A DNA stretch of 64,000 bases, taken from contig RDEW01000013.1 of NCBI GenBank assembly GCA_011109175.1, positions 972,181 through 1,036,180 on the forward strand, written 5' to 3'. The notes under the pieces are model-generated. The model had not been told where the DNA came from, searched no databases, and worked only from the letters and a program-made list of their open reading frames with translations. The stretch is from Dicyema japonicum. Taxonomy: Eukaryota; Animalia; Dicyemida. Shown here piece after piece: positions 1 to 10,839 of this stretch. The position numbers and the translations under genes are program-made. Numbering within the stretch: the stretch's first letter is position 1; each line of letters starts with the position of its first letter.

Positions 1-352
1 ACAGTTTCAAAGAATTGACTTTAATAATAAAACTTGTAATTTGTTCAATTATTTCCTGGATATTTTTTTCTTAGGGCTTTTAGGCCGGTATATAATCTTA
101 GAAATCAAAATTTTCATCGGAATTTTATAAAATTTTATATATTGCAGAAAGTGATATATCAACTATTTCGGATATTTTTTTAACAGGAATATTGTTTTAA
201 TCTTAGAATTTGATTAAATAAATCAAATGTGAGTTTTTCTTATTTTTCGAATTTTTACATTATAAACATTGTCTTCCATATGTTATTTATCGTTAATTTA
301 TGTATTTTGCATTTTTATTATAATATTGGGATCGTTATTTATCTTTTTATTA

Positions 353-960
353 TTATATAGCACAATGTCTTGCCATTGGAAATGACAAAACCAGTGCAGT
401 ACCAAACATTAAGCTTTTAGTTAATTTTCTCCAATTTCCACGATCCTGAGCCAAATCCCTCAAGTAATCCATATCACCAGCTATAAATAGGTGTGCGGAG
501 TCGGCCAATTCTAAATATGAATCTGATAAATCTTGAGTAGAAGTCATCAAATAGAGCCGGATCTTTGTTAATTTCCAACCACTGTGATGGTGCGTATACA
601 TTGATAATGGAGACAATGTCAGTGCTTGCTTTGGCATTCATAAACTTCATTTGTAGAAACTCCGATGCGGTCATTCTGCCCATATTCTGTAGATATGGGG
701 GGAGAAATTCCATTTTTGATGGCAAAACCCAGTCCATTAGTGCCTGTTGACAGTCGGGAGAAAGATCACTTTGAATTTACCACATGTTCTTCGTGGTTAT
801 CTTGGATTTTGGTTTCCTGTAGGCAACCGATTGCGACATCGTATTATGTAGGTCTTGACAGGAGGGACTCCTTTCCAAGAAGAGGTTAGGCCTCGGACGT
901 TGAATGAGAGCAGCGAGAATTTCTCCAAAAGATAAGGTTCGTACTTTTCAGACATGTTAA
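353..960 (-). mobile_element. Internally deleted RTE-type LINE, copy 1 (N-terminal half of APE endonuclease fused to the ORF C-terminus)
   Basis: Translations give APE motifs (SFNVRGL, SIINVYAP, IAGD) joined directly to the RTE C-terminal motif DLAQDRGNWRKL. Confidence 0.75.
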
Positions 961-1454
961 TACTTTATTAGAGCCACGTCACCAGCTCAACCAAAACTTT
1001 TGGATTTTTATCTTTATCTTTTTTGGGAATTGTATTTAAAATAATAGGATCATTATTTATCTTTCTTGGATGCACTGTAATAATATTAAAAACACATATT
1101 TTCGTCTCTTTCCTTTGTACGTAATAATAAAACTTGTAATTTGTTCAAATATTTCCTGGATATTTTTTTTTAGGGCTTTTAGCCCGTACATAATCATAGA
1201 AATCCAAATTTTCATCGGAATTTTATAAATTTTATATTTTGCAGAAGGTGATATATCAACTATTTCGGATATTTTTTTTCACAGGAATATTGTTACTTAA
1301 TCTTGGAATTTGATTAAATAAATCAAATGTGAGTTTTTTTTATTTTTCGAATTTTTACATTATAAACATTGTCTTTCTCATGTTATTTATCGTTAATTTT
1401 ATATATTTTTGCATTTTTATTTATAATATTGGGATCGTTATTTATCTTTTTATT

Positions 1455-2055
1455 ATTATAAAGCACAATGTCTTGCCATTGGAAATGACAAAACCAGTGC
1501 AGTACCAAACATTAATCTTTTAGTTAATTTTCTCCACTTTCCACGATCCTGAGCCAAATCCCTCAAGTAATCCATATCACCAGCTATAAATAGGTGTGCG
1601 AGTCGGCCAATTCTAAATATGAATCTGATAAATCTGAGTAGAAGTCATCAAATAGAGCCGGATCTTTGTTAATCCAACCACTGTGAGGTGCGTATACATT
1701 GATAATGGAGACAATGTCAGTGCTTGCTTTGGCATTCATAAACTTCATTTGTAGAACTCCGATGCGGTCATTAACTGCCCATACTTCTGTAGATATGGGG
1801 AGAAATTCCATTTTGATGGCAAAAAACCCAGTCCATAGTGCCTGTTGACAGTCGGGAGAAAGATCACTTTGAATTTACCACATGTTTCTTCGTAGTTATC
1901 TTGCATTTTGGTTTCCTGTAGGCAACCGATTGCGACATCGTATTATGTAGGTCTTGAGAGAGGGAGGTCCTTTTCCAAAAATAGGTTAGGCCTCGGACGT
2001 TGAATGAGAACAGCGAGAATTTCTCCAAAAGATAAAGTTCGTACTTTTCAGACAT
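1455..2055 (-). mobile_element. Internally deleted RTE-type LINE, copy 2
   Basis: FSFNVRGL...VNDRIGVLQ...IINVYAPHS, followed by the same IAGD-to-AQDRGKWRK fusion. Confidence 0.75.
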
Positions 2056-3195
2056 GTAAATACTTAATTAGAGCCACGTCACCAGCTCAATTAAAACTTT
2101 TGGATTTTATCTTTAACTTTTTGGGATTTTTATTTAAAATAATAGGATCATTATTTATCTCTCTTGGATGCACTGTAATATTATTAAAAACACATATATT
2201 TTCGTCTCTTTCCTTTACGTAATAGATCGTCTGAAATTTCAAATATTTCTTCTACTGATTCATCTTCAGAAAATGCAATTAATCATTCAATTTCATTTTT
2301 GCTTCTTGTTCCTGAAGAAATCCCCATGAAGACATTAAGCGGCATATGTCGGGATTTGCATGCATAGAATTGTTATAATCGTTTACTAGCTTTAGGTATT
2401 TGAATATATCCTCCGAATATACCACTTGAATTTCTAATAGCCAGATATCCACTTCTTTATGGATTGGTTTAACATAAAGATTATATATATAACCTCTCTT
2501 CTTGCCATGGTATCCATCTAGATGTTGGACGACCAAAACTTGTTTCGTGCCAAATTCTTTTTAAACTTCGTCAAATGTAGAATTTGGTATTCTTTTCCAT
2601 TTTGGTTATACACTAAGACTGGTGTTTGAATTACGCATGATATACCTTTTACTATGTTCGATATTTCAGATGCAGATTTTGAGGATCAACGCCACTAAAT
2701 TTGCACAAAGAACATATCAGTACAAGAATCTTTTAATAAAATGAAATTATCCCCAATATTAATCGTCGTTAAGTTCCGATTATTTCATAAACTCAAAAGG
2801 ATTTCTGTCACGTGGAGCATATGCTATTAATAGTGTAATTGTTGGTTTAGTGGCATCAAACGCAGAGACTAAATTAATTACAAAGTTAAACCTGACAAAG
2901 AGCACACTCCTTTTTATCAAGCGTCACAGGAGTGGTCTTATTAATCTTCAGTGACTCTCTAGCTGGATGACTCTGGATGATCCATGGTATCGGATTATTT
3001 GTAATTCTCGAGTCAAGACATAAAGTCTTCATTTGTTGAATATAATCTCTTTAAAGAGTGCTATAGACCAGAATCCGCTATTAAAAAAATTCCAAAGATC
3101 AACGGGAACCAAACTAACTAGGTCCTTGATCAAGAATCGTTACAGCGTTCCAGAACTTGTCTCCACGTAATGACATTTCCCCGGGGAAGAATAGT

Positions 3196-3258
3196 TGGAT
3201 CCTCTTGATGCCACACGGGCATTGGACGTCGACTAAGTTAGGTGGATCCATTGACGCC
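3196..3258 (-). ncRNA. Candidate HDV-like pseudoknot RNA, copy B
   Basis: P1 GGCGTC/GACGTC, P2 TGGATCC/GGATCCA, P4 ATGCC/GGCAT. Homologous to 47956-48018, with compensatory changes. Confidence 0.5.
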
Positions 3259-4919
3259 ATCCCAAGGAAGGAAAATAATTTATAGCTAACCAGCACATAA
3301 CATCACATGATGTCACGCGGCCAAAAACTAAATTATATGATATTTAAAAATATTATAAATTTTATCATCTTTCTTATTTAAATAATGATTTTATTTAATA
3401 AGTTTTATAAATGATATATAAATCATGTTTTCATAATTAATTTAAGTACTGAAGTTTATTAGAATTTTATTTCTAATTTACGAGCAAGTCTCCAGCCAAT
3501 GGCCGTGTCCAGACTATGGGCGGAGACATAACACAGTGCTGGTATAAAAAAAACCGGTTTTGCAGTTACAAATTTTTTTAGGCTTATAGCTTTTAATTTT
3601 TCAACGCAAATCAAAAAAAGTTAACAGAATTAACAGTTAGTAACTTGTGTGGTATCCTCGATTATTTGACTTGAAGATCAAGTTTATTTTTTGCCTTGTC
3701 TAACGTCGAATATTTTTGCTTCTTCAATCTCCAAAGATCACTACTGGATTCATGTCGTAAGATTGTGAAGAATTGGATGTTATTTCCATCAAAAATCTTA
3801 GCTTTCCACACTGATCGATGACAGGACCCAATACTGTTAAGAGTAATCTCATTTTGTCCCATTTTTCTCCTAAACAACAAATTATTGTTATTACATTATA
3901 TATTTAGCGGAATTCAATGTTCCACTGACAAAAAGTAAACTTGCTAACTCCTTGATAAGAGATACAGCCCCATACCTTAACACCACCTCTCAAACTGTCA
4001 GCTTTGTATGCCTCAATTCAGAATGGGAACTCTTTTTTCGATAACAGAGTTGCCTTTTTAGTTAGAAAATCTGAAAAGATGCTTCATCAAGAAAATAGAA
4101 GTTTTTCAAGCTCCATTATTATTCCAAAATAAAATTTCGGACAATTCAAATCTTTTTAATATTTTTTCGTTGATAACAACAATTTACGTTGACATACTCT
4201 TCAAATAAAAAATTAGAATTAAGTAATCAATTGTCTTTCTTGAGAGATTTACTAGTAAAATATTTTTTTATTTCTCAAAATGTTCCAATATATTTTTAAT
4301 CTTCAATGTCTGTAATAGAAATCAATGCCTGTATTTTAAGTTTTTAGGTCGTCCGAACCAGGAAGCCTCTCAGAGTTTCGATATTTTTTGAATATTCGAA
4401 AAAAAATCTCCAATTATTTTGTAACAAAAAAACCGATTTATTTCCACCAGTTCATAAATTTTTTACTTTGAAGTTTCCATCACCAATTAAGTTCTCATGA
4501 TGTATGACGAAAAATTTCAACGTTCCTCTACAATGCCGTGACTGACCGATCTATAGGAGCGACCAACATCTCTGTCCTACTTAATAGCAGCTGGCCTCCT
4601 ACAAGTTAGTGAGGCTGAAGTTACTCAACTAACTAACTAACATTACAGCCTATAGAAGCTAACGGGTTGTCAATTTTTCGTAACATTTTTTAACTCCATC
4701 TAGCGGTATGGGTTCACAAACATAGTTAGCTGATGATCTTTTAGTGACTTAGTGATAAATGTGAAACTTAATTGTTCATTATTCTGTTACGTTGTCCCCA
4801 GAAAATGTGATAGTTTTTATACTCGTTCACTCTGTTTCTTTAATGCATTAAATTAGTTTTTTATTTCACTCAACGATAGTCAACATTCTCCGCGCATTGA
4901 AATCAATTGTCTCCCAGAA

Positions 4920-5335
4920 TATTGAAATATTAGCGTACTACGTATTCTGAAAAAGGCGGATAGACGAAAAATTGATATTTTTGAACTGTGGTGCTGGAAG
5001 AGGTTACTAAGATTCCCTTGGACTTCCAAAATAACAAACACCGATGTACTCAAACGGGTGGAGACGGACATTTCGCTAGAAGGAAGATTTGTAAACACAG
5101 ATTGTCGTTCTTTGGTCATGTTGTCCGCTCTGACTCTCTGGAAAGAATCATTGTGCTGAGCAATATTACTGGGAAGAGAAGACCTGGTCGACCGAGGACT
5201 CAGTGGCTATCCACAGTGGAAGACGTAACGGGAATGCTTATATCAAGGTTGCTCAAATTTGCGACGGATCGGAAGAGTGGAGGAAACTCGTTCATGAGAT
5301 CTCCAAGTGTCGGAGACGACTTAATTGGATAACAT
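4920..5335 (+). mobile_element. 5'-truncated RTE (BovB-like) LINE 3' end
   Basis: KIDIFELWCWRRLLRIPW...RLSFFGHVVR...ITGKRRPGRPRTQW...ATDRK; nearly identical to 16900-17295. Confidence 0.85.
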
Positions 5336-5789
5336 AACAAATCGTATTCTAAATTTAGGCATCTGTCACAGTATCGATAATTTTTTCTGACTATCGAAAA
5401 AAACCTGTAAGAGCCATCTGGACTAAAAAATAACATGTAATAAATATTATTTGTCACGTTTATATTGCGCATCCGACAAGTATGGAACTAACTTGTTAGG
5501 TAAAGAAGAAATAAAGAAAATGATGCAAAACTTTTTGAAAAAATGCTATCACTGACTCGTACAAAGCAGCACAAAATGAGCCATAAGAGCTTTTGAGGTT
5601 ATAAAAAGAAAGATAATCTAAGCTGTGCTGGACTTGTGTTTATGAAGCCTCAAAGTAATACCCTCTTTATTTTCATCTGTTACATAAAAGTCAAGGTTTG
5701 GGAATCAGAGGTAGACGCGTCAAATTGGATGTTTGCAATGCTTTAAAAAGGTCAAAAGATAAATCATCATCACGTTTACTTGCAAAAAA

Positions 5790-6060
5790 AGCAAAAAATA
5801 TCTCTTTTATTCCACCTATCATATTCAAGTCCTTCCCCCGTTTTGGAAATAAAATCATTTCTTCTGAGACGGGAGTAAAACAAGGCAATCCACTGGGTCC
5901 CCTTACCCTTTTTCAATCGGTGATAGATCACATTGTACAAGATAACTCTACTGTCCTCAATTTATGATTCCTGGACTAATAAATCTTTAGAGGAAGCACT
6001 GAAAATGTCCTTTAAAAACAACCATTATTTTAGAGAATTATAGCGGATCAATCTCCTTCT
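5790..6060 (+). mobile_element. Degenerate CRE-like (RLE-type) LINE reverse transcriptase fragment
   Basis: ISSETGVKQGNPLGPL resembles the CRE-type GVQQGDPLGPL RT motif. Confidence 0.55.
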
Positions 6061-9000
6061 ACAAAAAAATTAAAAAAAGTTGTTTCAGATATCCCAATTA
6101 CTTTCCTAGCTCTCTTGAATTCCTTAAATGTGGATTGAATAAGCGAGTAAAGGTCGAATATTGATTAATGCCTGTCTATGTTAAGACCCTCAGAAAACAT
6201 TGTTATGTGCAGATATGTTCCACGTGTATAATGGGCTCATTCCTCATCCGTACATTAAATAAAGGGATTTTTACATATGTGTAAACCACATTGCCCAAAA
6301 AAGGAGTATTTATTTGAAATTGAGAAAAAAATCATATATTAATCATAAACTGTGTCCCAGTGGAAGCATTCCGATCTACTATGAAGAATCGTGTCCACAT
6401 CGTAAAATTCCCATTAGGATTCTTCTCAAGATACAGCAAAGTCAGAGCAGTTGAGTCGCTGGTGAGAAACTCAAGAAGAGTTGGGAACTTTTGAAGGCTA
6501 GAGTCACCTAATCAGTTTTTAACATTTCTTTCTTGGTAGTTTCTTGGTCTAATAATAATGTGATCATCAGCACACCCCCGACGTAATCATTACTCATTGG
6601 AGAAGTTAGAAAAAAATTTAATTCACTTACAAAAATCTAAAAATTAGTTATGTTACAGAAATTCTAAAAATAATTTTGCTTCTGTTTCAAGTAAACAATA
6701 AAGTTTGAAATAAGCGACGAAATAGAGTCATCTCAAATTTTTCCACCCCCTCTCCTCCAGGAAGTCAAACGGATCAAATTTGAACATCAAAGCGTTCCAG
6801 TTTATAAAGTATGGTTTCGCACATGCCAAGTTTTCGACTATTAGCCTTCTCCATCCATTTGTCGTCTTCTTCGCCTACTGATTTCCTCAAGATCATCTGC
6901 ATTCACAAGTCGCCCCAATCTTCAAGAATCATCTAAGACGCTTATTTGTGGAACTAAAAAAATTTATGAAAACATTTTGATACAACGTCACCACATTATT
7001 GGTTAACTTAAATATTTGTGGATAAAATAATATTTAATATAATTAGCGAACAAAATCAAAGATAAATAAAAACAAAAAAAATACCACATAAACGAGAACC
7101 AAGACGACATTCAAAAGCGCTATTTAAATAATATGGTTTACCGTATATTAAATTAAATTATGTAAATTATTAAATTAAATAATTTATTTTCATGTAATAA
7201 TATTTTCATAATCTTCGAATTTAAAATTTTTCCTTTTTGGCTGAACGCAGTGTGCGATTACATCGAATGTGACTGTATGGAATTAATCCGAAAAATGGAA
7301 TTTATAGAGAAGCTCAATTCTCCAACCAGATCCCACCCATGATGTGACGAGTCATTCTTACACTACTCAGATATTAAAAGGATCTCCTATCTTTTCACTG
7401 ACGAACTACACTTGTGAAGTTTTTCATCATGACAGTATACGAAACTCAAATGACATTTTGGAATCAGTAGCTTATGCTTTCTAGGAGTTACGGCTGAAAA
7501 ATGCGGCAGTCTGAAAATATTAACATATGTGAGCGTCCTAACAATGATCTACTCAACAGGAAATATTATTCTCACAAGTCACCATTAGCTTGAGAAATAT
7601 CCATAAACGGAAAAAAACATAAACCGAATACTACCCGAATGGTTAGTGTTACAAGTACAAAAATTCATACTCTCGTGATTAGTATGCGTAACTGTTCATT
7701 AATCTAAAATAAAGTGCATTTGTCTTGTCTTTAAGAGCTATAAGTATTATGGATCTCATGAAAGTGCTGTTTATTTACTGCTAGTCGACATATCTGTAAA
7801 AGCCCTAAAACAAATGAATTTTTTAACGACAATGAAAAAGTGTTACTTAATAATTCTCTAATTATGAAATTTTTAATATAGAATGCGGTGTAGTTTACAT
7901 TTTAAAAAACGCATTGGTGTTTAATGCATCAGTCTATCAGGAACAGGCTGCACTGGTTAGTGCTGTCGCTTGGGTCGCAGTTATTTGAGTTGGTCAAGAA
8001 CGGTTGTTGGATTCTGAAACCCCCAGTTAAAATATCCCTGGCACCCCTAGTTAACAGAGAGAAGAGGAATCCCAGAGGAGCAGGATAATTGTCAAGAAAT
8101 ATAGCCTATAACTACTAATTTCTCGTTGTAATAAAATTCTTTATTTTTCATTGTCTCGATTAATTGTGTACTCGATTTGAAGTTGTAAATACTAAATTTA
8201 GGCTTAATTCGATGGATGTTTGTGACTTTTCTAAATTTGCAGTTAATTGTCAATTTTGTAACATATTCAATTTTTTGTTGGAAATCCATCCTTTAAAATT
8301 GTTTTCTCTCTTTGCAAACCGGTAAGAATAGAAACTTGATCCACTCCCTTAACTGAGCTTGATTCGTATCTCTGTTGGTCTTTTAGGTATTAGATGAGGA
8401 TATACCAGAGTATGCTGCAAGTTGTACCTACAGACTATAACCGCCTTTAAATTCCAGGTTCCCACAACACTATGATTTTGTGCCTATAGTTGTCCAGTCG
8501 ATCTCTGATGCGATTTAATTAGCTATCTGTTTCAGTCCTCAGTCCTCCAAACGATCAAATACTCTAATAGTCGACACATTTTCTGTAAACTGACAAAACC
8601 GGTTCATTCAAGTCCCTTAAGGTGAAACTTTGTTAATAAAAGAAATTGAGGAATTATATTTTGTGAATTCCTTATATCGATTTACGCGGTCCACTCAAAT
8701 ATATAAGCGATTCTTGTCAACTTCGAACAAAATGTGTCGCGGTGATGATAAGAATACAAATAATAAACTTAACATAAATTTCATATTACCTGAGGAAGAA
8801 GAATTAGCAAGCGATATTGACCTGAACGACGAGATCCCCCAGTTTTACATAGATGATTCATAATTGCGACAAATTCTGCAACCTGACAAGTCATTCATTT
8901 CATGGAGTGATGATGAGGACAACTGGGAGTTCGACGCGTTGCTAGATATTAACAACGCCTATATCATGTCACAAGTTGAAAAGACTGAATCGGAGAAATC

Positions 9001-9619
9001 CGGAGATGACTGCACAGTTGATGAATCATTTGATAGCTGCGAGAAAACCGAAGAATCTAATGATTCAAATGATAAGTCTAAGCCGGAAAAAGTGACATTG
9101 TCGAATAACTTTATTATTTAATTTATTTTTTTTAATTTATTTTTATAAATATTTTTGAATATTTATTTATTCATGCTAGTTTTTATTCACTTGAAGTGGC
9201 AGGATGTAAAGAAGTATATATTTTCTTAATTTATAAGCTTTACAAGAAGTCTACATCGAATGCCATATCATCGACTTTTAGTTTTTGTGAAAGTTCCTAG
9301 AGAAGCTTATATTGCCAACAAATGGGAAATGAACCTCATTTAGACACCGCAATTAGTCCGAATGTGTGTTAGTTTCACCCTGCATTGGAGGACTCCGCAT
9401 GTAGTCTGAAAATAATTTGACTTTGATCCCCATTTTAACTTAATGACATGTGTTTTCGAGTAGGAGGCTTATTAGTCGTGTGTTGTCTGGGTTGCTAATT
9501 TCTTTAGAACCTTAATTAACTTCCTTCCTTTGATTTTTGACAAAAACAGTTGTTCATTGTTGGCTCGTCTAGAGTAAAAATTATGGAGCATAAGAAAATC
9601 CAATTCAAGTCTTATTTTC

Positions 9620-10230
9620 AACAAGTAGGGGAGAACCAGGGTGGTGCATGCCCGTTTATTTGAAACCGAATGTGATCTCATGTAAAGATATCTGCATGAT
9701 CCAAGGTCCTGCCCAAACTTAGGGGACTCTTTTGGACGACAAATTTTGAGGATTGGAATCGGACAAATGCTAGGACTATATGATTGCTAGTTGCACCAAT
9801 GCCTATGCTGGAAAATGGTCGATGTGAAGGGATTGCACCCGCTGTCCTGCAAAAGATGATCCGGAAGAGGGCTACATAACGCTACTCTGAACGAAGTTAT
9901 CATCAGAGCTCTGAAGGCTACTGACTTCTCATAAGAGCTTGAACCAGTGTGCTTCGATCGAAGAGATGAAAGAAACCTGACGATATGACTCATTTCGCTT
10001 ACACATCAGGAAGATCTTTGTCTTGGACGCATCTTGTGTTGACACATATTAAACCACGACTCTTTTCAACTCGGTTCAGAAACCAGGAGCATCTGCTGCA
10101 ACTGCGGAAAATCTAAAAATCAAGAAATATTCTTTCCTCGAGGACTGGTACCGATTTACTCCTGTTGCTGTCAAGTCACAGGTTTGCAGCCAGTAAGTGA
10201 AGAAATGTGCAGGAAATGAAACGTCTAACG
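9620..10230 (+). mobile_element. Degenerate CRE-like LINE C-terminus (zinc knuckle and restriction-like endonuclease)
   Basis: LLDDKILRIG...HQCLC...DVKGLHPLSC...HNATLNEVIIRAL...KPD...SWDASCVDT...AATAENLKIKKY...FTPVAV, with stops and frameshifts. Confidence 0.75.
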
Positions 10231-10267
10231 TACGACATAGTTAGTAAATTTTTCCTTTAACCCAGTT

Positions 10268-10575
10268 ACCCGCGTGGCATAGTTGTTAGGTGTCGGGCAA
10301 AGTGGCTTAGGTCACGGGTGCGATTCTCGCTGCTGTTCACCTGGTGGAAAGTTCCACGCATATACGATGCGGAAAGGGCTTGACGATTGACGACATCATC
10401 AGTGGAGATTCATTGCGTAACTGGATAATCAAAAGAAAAAACCAAAGAAGTGAACAGTATTCCTTGGTTCACCATCTACGATTAGTTATAATAACTGTTC
10501 TTTACTTAAATAAAATATGTGTTCTGCACATGCGAAACCCTAGGCATTTTACGTGCTTTTGGCAACGCGGTATTG
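10268..10575 (+). mobile_element. tRNA-derived SINE
   Basis: A-box-like TGGCATAGTTG and degenerate B-box GGTGCGATTC; the body and tail align with 63060-63384. Confidence 0.8.
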
Positions 10576-10839
10576 CTTAATTTTTTTAATTTTAACCCAG
10601 TTATCATGAGGTAATGAAATAAATAATAAACTCTTGCGCATTCGATTCAAGCATCCATTCTTTGCTGAATAAATAATATAAAGATCGAAGATAGCCAAGA
10701 AAAGTACTTAAAGTTAGAGGAAGAAAGACTTTTGGAACAAAATACTCTTCAATGAATCATTGACCAATAATCCGTAAAAAAGGGAGTTCAACTTGACTTT
10801 TGGTTATACTCTAAATACGTGCTTTTGTGGCCTAAGTAA

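Larger units (their letters stand above)
22..2222. repeat. Direct tandem duplication of a ~1.1 kb unit (about 22-1122 and 1123-2222)
   Basis: TAATAAAACTTGTAATTTGTTCAA occurs at ~25 and ~1125, and the two units are colinear throughout. Many differences are homopolymer length changes (e.g. GATGGCAAAACCC vs GATGGCAAAAAACCC). Confidence 0.95.

Noticed and set aside
8630-9121. Acidic ORF pair as a gene
   Set aside because: Low complexity, one in-frame TAA and no recognisable domain; it may be a transposon C-terminus but cannot be supported.
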